DNA of 64,000 nt. Origin: Lingula anatina (lineage: Eukaryota > Animalia > Brachiopoda). The translations under genes were made by a program, and so were the position numbers. How positions within the stretch are numbered: the first letter of the stretch is position 1; each line of letters starts with the position of its first letter. The notes beneath the pieces were generated by a model that saw only the letters and a list, made by a program, of their open reading frames with translations, had not been told where the DNA came from and made no database searches. This document shows, piece after piece, positions 13,483 through 25,091 of the stretch. The stretch lies in contig CM120641.1 in assembly GCA_051362555.1 (NCBI GenBank), positions 7,750,001-7,814,000 of the forward strand, given 5' to 3'.

Positions 13483-14968
13483 TAACAAACTGCAGACAAG
13501 TTTCAGTAACAATCAAATAAAATGGACATTTGGTATTTTCGGACATCATCTTTAGGCGGCAGAAATCAGACATTCATTTGATGTTCTTGAAATATCCAGT
13601 TTTTAGAGAAAAGAATTTGCATCAGGGATTAAAAATTGTGGAACTGATTTACTCCTGATAAAAATTTGAAAAAAAAATCCAAAAAATATTTGCAAGTTTT
13701 TTTGACCTGCGGCTGTTGTAAACCTGGAGAGAAGATTCTAATTATATGATGAATGGAGATTGGAATTGGTGTCTTACTGGTTGGATGATATACATGCATG
13801 TATAGGAATTGGAACAGAGTTGATCATAAATTTATGTTGTTATCAAATTAGAATCTTTCATTGGTGCCATGGTTTGGTGGGATTTATGAACAACTGTTAG
13901 TGAATTTGCAATGCTAAGATATTTGAATTTTTTTTGTGTGTGTAAATGCATGCAAAGGTACACTTTTTGTAGCTATCTATGATATACTTATTAGGTGCTT
14001 AGCTGAAATTGATAACTTTGCTGAATGAGTCAATTTAAGAATAATGTGATTTAATTAGTTCTTAATTTAAATACATGATTCTTTCTACCCCTTTATAAAT
14101 TGTTTTGAATGATAAAAAAAGCAACTGTTGTTTATCATTCAAAATTTATTTATTTTATTTACTTAATGGTAGTATTTCTAACCATTTTTTTAAATTAAAA
14201 ACTGCAGGAAAAAAAGACAAATAATGTGAATGTTTTTTGAGAGAAACATTAATTTGGTCATAGAAAATTATTATCTCACTAGTTTGTATGGACAGACACT
14301 ACATCTGGACTAAACAGCCAACACCTCCATCTATCTCTGTACACTCCTGGAATTTTTACTTAGGAATAAAAGTAAAAAATGTTATATGTATTATTCTCAA
14401 ACTTACATGACTTATTCACAGACCTAAAATACAGTTCAAATTATAATGTCAGCCTGATTTTCTTTTTTACTTGAGATTGATTTTTTTCCTTTTTGTGAAT
14501 TTCTTATTTTTAACACTTTTCTATGTGTAAGTTGAAATTCCCACATTGGTTTAAATACTACATGTAAGTATAGTGGTAATTACATTATTTGAGTTTTTAC
14601 AGTAACTGATTTTTATGAATCGTTTTAACGTTACAACAAATTGACAAAAAGAATTTTGTGCATTTTGAAAGCTGAATTGATTTTTCAACATTTTAGACTG
14701 CGTCTGTGTGATTACTGCTTCCGTCAGTTGTGATTTATATCGTGTACCCGGTATGTCTGTGAAATTTCTAGTTTTACTGCCTTTCCATTTTATACTGGCA
14801 TGCTCATTTCCCCCTTCTCTCAAGAAAAAAAATCCGCGGTGCTTGGGACAGTTGGCTGCCAGTTACATATCCAAAAAACTTTAAGTATTTTAAAGTTTAA
14901 GAAACGAAATATAAGATATTTAGAGAAACGAAAGAGCATTCGAAGCCCGCTCGTCTGTGCGACAAGGT

Positions 14969-15012
14969 AGGTCAAAGGTCATCCACTATGTCACGTGCCG
15001 ATCAACTTCCGC
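14969..15012 (+). promoter_or_regulatory. STX8 proximal promoter motif cluster (DR1, E-box, ETS-like)
   Basis: AGGTCAAAGGTCA 14969-14981, GTCACGTG 14990-14997 and ACTTCCG ~15005-15011, all in a CpG-containing patch just upstream of the ATG at 15027. Confidence 0.55.
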
Positions 15013-15026
15013 AAACTGGGATCAAC

Positions 15027-18000
15027 ATGGCTGGAGATATGTGGTACGTCTCGGTCTTTATTTTGGTTTGTAGTTGTGAAACCTCCCTGATTAAGAAACA
15101 TTGAACACCTTGTGTTGTTGAACTGAACTTAACTTAACTGCTTTAAGTGTCTTATGTATACATAATGTGCGATTTGACTGCAAAAGGTCTTCATTAAACC
15201 GGCGTTTTAATTTGACATTTCTTGTACAGTATGATGTGGTGTTCCGAGTATATTGACATTACATGCATAAATAATAGTATTTATAATCAGTAGTAGTACT
15301 AGAACTTAGAAGCTAAACAATGGCTGTGGCAATAACATTTTTGTCTCCTATCGTTTAGACCCGATGATTAGGTAGACTGCTCAGGATAAATTATTTGTTT
15401 GAAATAGCACCCTGTGTAACCACAGACTAAAAACACTTTTAGAAATTTTTCTTACTGTAATACATGTAACTTTCTAAAGCAAAAATGCCACTAGCTCGAA
15501 ATTTCTTGTGTTAGCGCTCATATTTACAGTTTCAGATATGTACTATTTTTGGTAACTGCAATTGTTTGTGCTAAGATGCTATTTGTAATAGCTAGCATTT
15601 CCAGAGGCTCACTTAGACCCCATTCCCAGAGATTAAATCGATCTACTTTAGATCGACCTAACTAAATAGCTGTCAGCCGAGCGGGCACGAAAGTTAATTA
15701 CCCCCTTACAGCTTGTAGTAGGCGGGACGGACATTTAAGCCGGATTATCTGACAGTAATCTAGTAAGACTCCCCGCGGGGATAGATCGATCTAAAAGCTC
15801 TGGAAATATGCCCTTAAACATGAAAAACTAATAATGATTTTTTACAGGCTTTCAGAGTATGACAGCTGTGCTGCTCTGGCACAGGATATACTGCAAAGAA
15901 TCAATGAGAGAAACAGACATGATAGGACCAGTGCACAGTACACTAAGGTATGTCCAGTGTTGGGCTTATTGCCATATAAAAAAAAGGGGCTTTGAGGCAC
16001 TGTTGTCCACAACAGTTACTATATACCAGCATCCAAAGTTTTCACTTTTTTAATATCTTCTGCTTTAATTGTAACATGGACAGTATTGGTATAGGATACT
16101 TTAGTAAAAAAATTAAGAGTTAGGTATCTCATCATCATGACCTTAGATAAGACAAAAAGCATATAGAGATAATGCTGCGTAAAAGTACTTCTTCATGCAT
16201 ATAACCTTGTGCTAGTTCCTAGATTATCATGGCGTGAAATAATTTATGAAACTTTTTGATTGAGTTAACAGTACTTTTCCCTTTATTGCTCACAGCTATA
16301 TTTGTAAACCTTCTTATGTATTTCAGCTGTCTGGCCAGATTCGCAGTATGATAAGACAATTTTCCAATGATTTAAACAGACTGAAAGTAAACTTAAGTAG
16401 GACAGCAATGTATGGACTGTATTCTTTTTATTGATCAGTTTGCTACACATTACAAAAATATTTCCTTACTGATAAAAGTTGGGCTCACTGTCCGATAATC
16501 TTGCTTTAATATTTCATAATGATGATAAATAGTACTAATACACATTATAGATCAAGAAACTTAACAACAAACACTCATATCAAATACAAAAACTTTATAT
16601 CACCAATAAGTGTAATGAATTGTTGGCCTGATGAATCCAAATTCCAAGAGTTGTATTACATTATCCCTTGACTGTAATACCAGAACAGAGAGAGAAAAAG
16701 AAAGACGTCAGTCCAGCCTTGACGAACTTATGTCTAAAGAGAAACAGATTGACCAAGCATTTAATTTGCAGAGACAGGATTCTGGTGCTGGAAGGTGAGT
16801 ATTATAATTTGTTACCAACCCAACAATTGTGATTCATCCATACATCAAAACCAGACCATGACACCAATCTTATTACCAAATTTCAGGTGAAAAGCAAGAC
16901 CTTGTCAAGATTTTGAAATATTTTGTGACTACCTTCAAGTACAATGATTAGTATATTAAATGTCCATATGTTAAATTGTTTTATCATATTTAAATGATCT
17001 ATGTGGAAAAAAGACTGATATTATTATGAAATCCAGATTAACATTCTAGTTTATCATATAAATGCAATATATTGATCATTGGAATCACTATAAGACAAAC
17101 ATGCAAGAATAGGATAGTGTAGATGAAATAGTCACGACTTTGCTGCATGTATTTTCAGATCAGCCCTTCTTGGAGCAGGGCCAGCAGGATGGAATAGTGA
17201 CCCCTGGGGAGTGAGGGAAGAACCAGAAGCCATCAGAGGAATGTCCGTAGATGAAATTAGGCAGCAGCAGCAACATCTTATAAAAGGTTGATTGTGAAAC
17301 ACTATTTAATGCCTTACATGTGAATTATTAAATTTGATATGCAATAGCAACAAATTACTTGTTTCCTGTGTGGAGAGGTTTGTTAACATTTTATAAAACT
17401 GAATACGTGACATGACAACAGCAATTTGTGTTGTGGTATTCGTTTGAAAATTGACTAAAATGTTACAAATTAATTAAGCATTTTTTTAAAAGTGTATTGG
17501 TCCTAATTGTACTGATACTGCAAATGTGCCATTTTACAGCATGTTCCACCTCATTGTTTTAGTTGAGATCATGATTGTGTTTTCCTTGCAATTTCAGCGC
17601 AGGACCATGGTCTTGACAGTTTAGCTGATGTTGTGGCCAAACAAAAGAGGATAGCTTTAGACATAGGAGATGAAGTAGATCATCAGGATGGTAAGATTTT
17701 CCTTAGTGTTTTAGAGAAATGTAAGAATTTATGAACACAAAGGAACGCTTTTAGTTTCATTCATCATCCAATTTATGGAGAAATCACTGAAACAATTGAG
17801 TGTCAGGGTATCCTGCCTAGGAAAAATGTTGAAATAATTTGTTTGTTAAGCTAAAAATAATGGTGCATGTAAACATTTTGCTTTCCTGGATAATAAAATG
17901 TGAGAAATTTGAATAGAAACACTTATTTATACGACTTATAAACACAACTCCCCATTTCAGTATAGTTACTTGTATATAATATATATAGTGTCTCTTATTC

Positions 18001-21000
18001 ATGAATATTTTAGTGATTTTCTTCTATATATGTAAAACTGTATGAACACAGCAAGTTTTTGTAGCTGTCCTGTTACATAGGTTTTAGTCATGAATGGTAT
18101 TTGATGATTATTTGTTTTAGAGATCCTTGATGACATCCACGACCACATGGATACAACAAATCAAAGGCTGATCACAGAAACCAGACATATAAGAATTGTT
18201 GATAGGAAATCCGGTGCATGTGGTAGGTGACAGAACTTTTCAATAAGTTAAATAACTTTATGCTTTCTTTGATTTTTCCATTAAAAGGAAGATATCTTAG
18301 GGTGCAATTCCAATGAAACTATCATTCTATGTAGATTGATCCAACTCAGCATGGACTCTTGCTGAATGCAATCATATGAACTGAATGATGTGCCTCTTCA
18401 AGCAGCTTTGGGTCGATAAACTTTCAAGACATTTCATTTTGAGTACAACCAAATCAAAGGAAACTGCTGTTGAGTAACTCTAAAATATACTGCTGCATTT
18501 GCTAGTTCTGTCTTGTATAAGTTTTTGCTGTAGCAACTTACATGTGGAGATCATTGAAATTCTTGAGTCTTCTGCTGAGGTAAACAGTCCCTATTTGTAT
18601 GCCTCAATGTCAGACTAAACCCCCTTTCTGTGTAACTAACACCATAAACAAAGTGAAAGAACATTTCTTCAAATGTCTCAGTCATCATGTGTTTAAATGT
18701 ACTTGATGATAGAAAATTGCTCTTGTTTGATATGCTAATTTTGTTCTCTCTATATGCTTTTTGTTCTCTTTTATGTCCTGTTAATGTGAATAATCTATAC
18801 ATATCATTGCTGTGATTGATATCTCTCTTTTTCATTCATTCATTCATAATAGTTTCTTTATTTATTAAATGTAATCAACTAAAAATTCGTTGACATTGTT
18901 TTCTCTGTTTGTTTTTAGTTTCTGGCTTAACTGTAGTGATTTGATAACTAACTTTAATGGAAATGGTTAATCAAACCGTTACATGGAGTATCACATTACT
19001 CAAGAGCAGGAACCAACATTGGTAAATACATATAACTAATGAGTCAGTGACATTTTGAGCTTGATTTATATGTCTGATTATACTAGTGGCTTTCAAAATT
19101 AATTGTGTGGCTAATTGAGAAATATCCCAGCACTGAACAATAAGTTGCTTTGTTAACCTAAAGAGATAATAAATAGGTTGAGTGAAACTATTCTTAGGAA
19201 TGGAGGAAATGGTTGTTTGTTTTGTTAAAGAAAACCTTCCGATTCAAGTAAGGTGTGTTTAAAGAAAATATATCTTCCCTGAAAGAGACATTTATAGTTT
19301 TAATTACCATGAATTACTTCAGTAGTTTCTTTGTTTCATAATTGTATTTTAAGGCACTGGTAGTTCATGTGTTGACAAATTGTGTCTTTGTTAATTGATG
19401 TTTTCCTGTTGGTAAAAGATCATTTGTACTGCTATTTAAAATGATATCAGCTAACAAAATGAACTTCAGAAGGCAAATGAAGAGATATAATCCAGTTATG
19501 TACACTTATAACACCTGTAGCCTATGAGCAATTTTAACAATTAGAAGTTCATGTTATTATGCAATAAAAGATCTGAAAAATTGACTTGCATATCACTTCA
19601 CAATTTAGAATATATAATATCTTTTTGAACATAAAAAAATATTGATACATGTACAAACAAACATATAAAAACTGCTTTGAAACTCAGCAGTAAGGTCATT
19701 GGGTGTTTATGTGTAGGGAACTTGTTTATTAGTTATGCTGAAAGAAGGTGATGGATAGACATGACTGAAGGGTTATTTGGTACTTTTTAGTGTAAATTGG
19801 GACATTTTCAGAACCTTGTCCTTGAGAACAGTATATGCTGTGGGCATTCAATGATTTTTTTTCCTTTATATAGGACTTATTTATTTATTCTATTAATTTA
19901 GCAGATAAGTCCCTAGTCTAAATAACTGATATTCTATGCATCTGAGATAAGTGAGTGAGCATTTTCTATTATAGAATTTTTATTTTCTTGAAATTGACTC
20001 ACTAATGTTGAAAATCCTAAAACATACTAATTGAATGCTAATTAATGCTTAGATAATGTAAATGAAAACAATTGATGGAAATGTTCCCACTAGTTTTATC
20101 TGTCACCAAGGATATTTTCTTATGTGATATTGGGTTCTCTTTTGAAAACAATTTTCACAGAAAGACGATTATTTTGATTTTTGACAAGACTAAACAAAGT
20201 GGACCATAAGTAGAAAGATTCAATTAATCTTACCATTTTGACCAACTAATTTTATTTGATTTTCTTTTTGAAAATTGAGATACCCCATGATTAGGATTAA
20301 AGCTGGATTGAAACGTCTTGTAGTCAGACTTACCTTTGTTACAACTGAATTTGACAGTTTTACCTAACCTTTATTAGGCGTGATCACAAGTGTCACACAA
20401 CTTTCAAGCTATGATACATGCTAGTTGATGTTTTGGGTTGTTTTCATGATATTTAGATTGTTAGTTATGGTCAACTCCAAGGAAAAATTTCATTTGATAC
20501 ATGTATGTGCATATAGCACACTTTTGAAAAAGTCATTGTTGCTGTTGGATTGTAGGGGCACTGAGAGCAAAGTAGTTGGCCAATTTACAAACATTTTGTT
20601 CAAACTTAATGGTACAAATCACTGTTGTGACAATGACATTTTTACCAGTACAAGTTTTTCCCACATATGGTTGTATTTAAAATGCCAGCAGAAACCCAGT
20701 AGCAAAGACCAAGTGTCATTTTCAACAGCTCCGTGATTTATGTTCATGTTGCCCTCTGCTGCTGTGATATCTTGACATTGGTTTTGCACCATTGTTATAG
20801 AAACATCTACACCATACTTGCCCTTTACATGGCTACTTGATAGAGATCACAGCTTTTATTGAGGATATTCGAATTATCACCAGATATTGCATGAAATTTG
20901 AGCAGCAGCTTGAAAAATATTAAGCAACCTGCTGAGCTGTTTTTATATTTGATTTCAAAAAAAATAATTGATGTTGAAGTGTTTTTTAAAGATACTATAA

Positions 21001-22730
21001 ATAAACTGAAATCTAGATTTAGACTCTCTTTTAAGTTGCATCATACCATATAGTGCATATAGTTGTAATTAATATCATATCATTCAGCAGCTTGATTTTG
21101 GATTCCCGGAGAGAAATGTCAGCAAATTCAACAGGGTGTAGCTCAACTTACATAAAAAATATGGAGCGGAGAACATAAATTTCAACTAAATAACTCCATT
21201 GGGCTACTCCTGTGGTGTCTTCTACACAGTTAGACTTCATAAATTTTCACACACTTTGGGGCTTATCTTGAGAGTCCAATCAAAACTACCATTTTGCATT
21301 TAATATAGATTAAATTGATATAAATTGAGAGCTTTTTTGGAAAGTTTTTGTATTTGTCTGAACTCTTAGTAGGGGGAGGGAACATATGTCATGTAGTGGC
21401 AGGGACTTTGGAAATTGGAATAGATGAATCTGGGGATAAATCGAGGCACCTGCTATTGTTTAGAGCTTATCTTCCACTAAAATCTCAACTTTATAAACCA
21501 TGAATCTTTATATTACAAGATTAAAAGAGTTGCTAAATGAGTAAAGTAACCATTGTAAGTCTTAGTTCATATGTTCATATCAAATTGTTATGTGAAGGAT
21601 ATACTGAGGATATGTAAATCTATTCTGATGGACCTTTATTTTGGTGACCGCTAAGATCCCAAAGGTTAAAAGCTATGACATGGAAGCATTCTCTAGTACT
21701 GTTGACATTATAAGATGTGCTGTTTGTTTTCTCTACAAGTTTGGATAAGCATGTTATGATCTATAATAAGCATAAGTACATATGTGAAAAGGATGTTGAT
21801 GCTAATTATATCAATTAAAACAAAAATACAATTGATGAATATAAAAACAAGTCATTCCTGTTTTAATTTGGTTTAAGAATAGAGATACCTAATTTTAGAT
21901 TGTTTGGTTTTGACTAAGAAGGATGTATGCTGTGATTTTTCCTCAAAGCCAAAGGTGCTATAAATGAATATTTTATGAGTAATTTTACCAGTGCGTATGT
22001 TCACTATATAAAGATTATTTTTTCCTTCACAAATGGTTAGGCAACATAACACCAACTAGAGAAATGGTAATGCAATAACTGTATTGTATCGTCACTAGTA
22101 TAACATATTGTACAAGGTCATGACAATCTATGTACCAGTACAGAAGTAAATTGAATTGAATTGAAAATATAAAAATCCAAGATTTTACCAGTTATTGAAA
22201 GAGAAATTACAATATCCTCTGTCTGTAAGGTATAAAAATCATTCCCTGTTATTTGTATTTTATATTATATATATAAAAGAAGGATGTAGCATTTTTACAA
22301 AGATATTAGAGAATTGTCTCTTGATGGGGATATGCAGTGCTCTTTCTTCTTATCAAGACATGGAGGATATCTGTTGAGAAATAACTTATTAAACCAAAAA
22401 ATTTACTTCGTTTCTTTTTATTTCAGGAGTATGGGTGGTTGTTGAAAATCATTTCTCTTTCCATTTGTTTTCAAGGCAAGAACAGAAAACCAGACTTTCA
22501 TGGCTTTATAAAGAAGCATTCACTCACAGATATATTATTTTCTTTTTTTTTTCTGTTTATTGCAGAAATATAATTGGGTATTGTTGTCATTACGAAAGGG
22601 GCAGAAATTGCTTAGTAATCGGGAGATAAAGTATTTTTCTTTTTCTATTTCAGGGATGTGGGTGGTGATCGTCCTCTTATTTATCGCCATTGTTGTGATA
22701 GCAGTTGTTCCCTACGATGGAAAACCCTGA
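15027..22730 (+). CDS. STX8: Syntaxin-8 (Qc-SNARE), ~239 aa
   Basis: Exons (+): 15027-15043, 15848-15947, 16327-16418, 16684-16794, 17159-17286, 17598-17690, 18121-18222, 22654-22730. Translation MAGDMWLSEYDSC...ERRQSSLDEL...EEPEAIRGMSVDEIRQQQQ...QDHGLDSLADVVAKQKRIALDIGDEVDHQDEILDD...VDRKSGACGMWVVIVLLFIAIVVIAVVP matches the STX8 SNARE motif and C-terminal TM. Confidence 0.93.
15596..15813. mobile_element. Degenerate MITE-like insertion in STX8 intron 1
   Basis: CpG-rich island with imperfect inverted ends (ATTTCCAGAG ... CTCTGGAAAT) and repeated TAGATCGATCTA-type palindromes. The left end is eroded and no clean TSD is visible. Confidence 0.4.
16419..16683 (+). other. Probable U12-type (minor spliceosome) GT-AG intron, STX8 intron 3
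   Basis: 5' site GTATTCTTTT (U12 consensus GTATCCTTT, one mismatch). Branch site TCCCTTGAC at 16664-16672, with the branch A 12 nt from the acceptor end. No polypyrimidine tract. Confidence 0.7.
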
Positions 22731-25041
22731 GTCACGGATATTAAATGGAAACAGGAATAAGTAAGTGGGTGTCTCTCTGATTATTTGAAGGGTACAAGGG
22801 TGGGACTGTTAATTACTAAAGGACCAGGAAAGAACAGGGGCCAAAATTCCATGTTAATTATATCTTTGGTTACCATAACATATGTACTGTGGAGTACATG
22901 CAGACCCACACCCTCACATCCAGGTTAATATTTTTCAAAATGACTGTCATTCAATTTAAATTACTTCAAATGTGTTGTTCTATTTTGCCCCAATGTCCAA
23001 TGCCAACATGGACAATTGCTTTTTTTTTCTGTGCAAAAATTCAACTAAAATTGGTCTGAAATTTGCATCGTAGTTTTTATTATAATCTGTTGTTACTAAG
23101 TTTGGGTTGAGCTGTGCATGATTAGCTATTCTTTCTTGATTAGCTATAGCATTTTTGTCCGATTTTATCACTTGCCTTTTTTTTTTTTTTTTTTTTTTGT
23201 GCACTCTATTTGTATCCCGAGCACATTACAGACATGTAGATAAATGAGTTAAGACTGTTGTATACAATGTCATTTTTGGGACAAAACTTGTAAAGCCACT
23301 GTACAATATGCCCTTAGATTTTTCTCTCATTTAAACACAGATATAAGTAAGGAAAATGATACCTTTAATCTATGCGTTATTGTGTCTTAGAAATGTTGTT
23401 GATGTGGCTTTGCACACCTGGGGTAAGAAGAGAGAGGGATTGCTATTATTGTCCTTGCACTCTATGTGTGTGGCCTTTCAGCATAAGTATACAGAGTAGA
23501 TGAGCCATGGAATGTGTGTGCATGCTGCCCTTTGTTGCACAATAAGAATTTGAAGAACTTCTGCATGTGCGTGCATGTTCATTTGAGCTCTTCTGGGCTT
23601 TAACTTGGGTGGGGACTGAGGTGTCTTATTCAACAAAGTGTATTGGCCAAGTGCTTTCACGCAGAAACAAATTTTTCCACTTAAAAAGGGATTTTATTCA
23701 AACTTGCCTTTCAGCATGAAATAGAAATTCCTCTTAACGTCAGTTGTCATGTTTCATCCTTTTCCAGTTTATCTTAATCTGAAAATGTTTGTTTGTTTGT
23801 TTGTTTGTGGAAAATCAAATATGCATCTTTTACCATTTTTATAAGTCAGTTTTTGTCAATCTTTAAATCAGTCAGAAAATCTCAGAGACTTATTGATATC
23901 CTTTGTAATTTTGTAGTAATGGTGCAGGAGCTCCAAGGAATTGGAATAATTCACACGTAACAGATCTGCTGGTGACACGAGATGTTCAGCACTTCCTTGA
24001 CTGTGGTCTGTAACAATTTTTCTGAATTGATTTAAAAAAACTATAAGACTATAAGAACTTTATGCCAAACTATATCAAGCCATGTATTTCAAAGTGTCAC
24101 ATAAATTTCATGAAATCATCCCCATTAGCTCTGTAGCTTTTCTTTAATGGCAACCTGATCCTTATTGTTACATGATCAGTGCTACTGTTGATATCCATAT
24201 TATACTTACATATATAGCACTTAGGCATGTTCACACTAGGCTCAGGTGGACTGTTTCTGATTTAATAATGTGAACACTGCTTGCTGTATCAGATTCTACT
24301 ACAAGGTGCCCCATCTCAGGAACTGGCCTTTTTTTTCTTTTTTCTCATTGGTGGCTAGCAATTCACATGGCAATGATGTACTGAGATGAGGCTTACTTCG
24401 CTTAGACAAATTTAGCTTGGTATTTCATTGTTTTGTATGAACATGGCCTAAAACATGGTTCAGTATGTAGTAATTTTAGTAATGGTTAGTACATGGTGTG
24501 GGGTTCAAAGGAGTCTTTACTTTGAACAGTGGGGTTTATGCTCTGATGACATTTTACTTTGGTTCCCATGTAGATGTTATTGCCTTGTTTGACACAGGGC
24601 AACAATAAAGAAATAAAGGACTGTTTAAACTTGTCTTACTTCAGAACAGAGATTGTGTTTGGGGGGACTCTCTGTAAACTGGTTTCTTGAAATAAGTTTT
24701 CCTGGTCTAAATTGACCTTGTAGCAATGTTCTGTATAAACCTGTATGTTTTATTAGTATCATGATTAAATATATGTCTACACATCATGACTGAGTATGTG
24801 AAGGCTGTAATTGTAACAAAGATCTTGTAATTTTCAGTGCAGATATTTCTTCTTTTTTCCCTTAAAACAGCTTATGGTACTTGGTTGAAATATTTTTGAA
24901 AGTTTGCACATAAAAAGTATCCTGTATTATACATGTCATATTTATCCAAGTACTGGGAATAGAAGTGTGGATAGTACTTGAGATGAGGGCAAAAAGTTTT
25001 CAAACATTTTTAAATACTGTGACCATTTTATTTACATGAAC

Positions 25042-25042
<1 letters not shown>

Positions 25043-25088
<46 letters not shown>

Positions 25089-25091
25089 TTT
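25043..25091. repeat. (TTTA)n microsatellite
   Basis: About 12 tandem TTTA units. Confidence 0.9.

Noticed and set aside
18919-18944. Possible short alternative STX8 last exon (VSGLTVVI*)
   Set aside because: Only a pyrimidine tract and AG support it, and such sites are common in this AT-rich intron.
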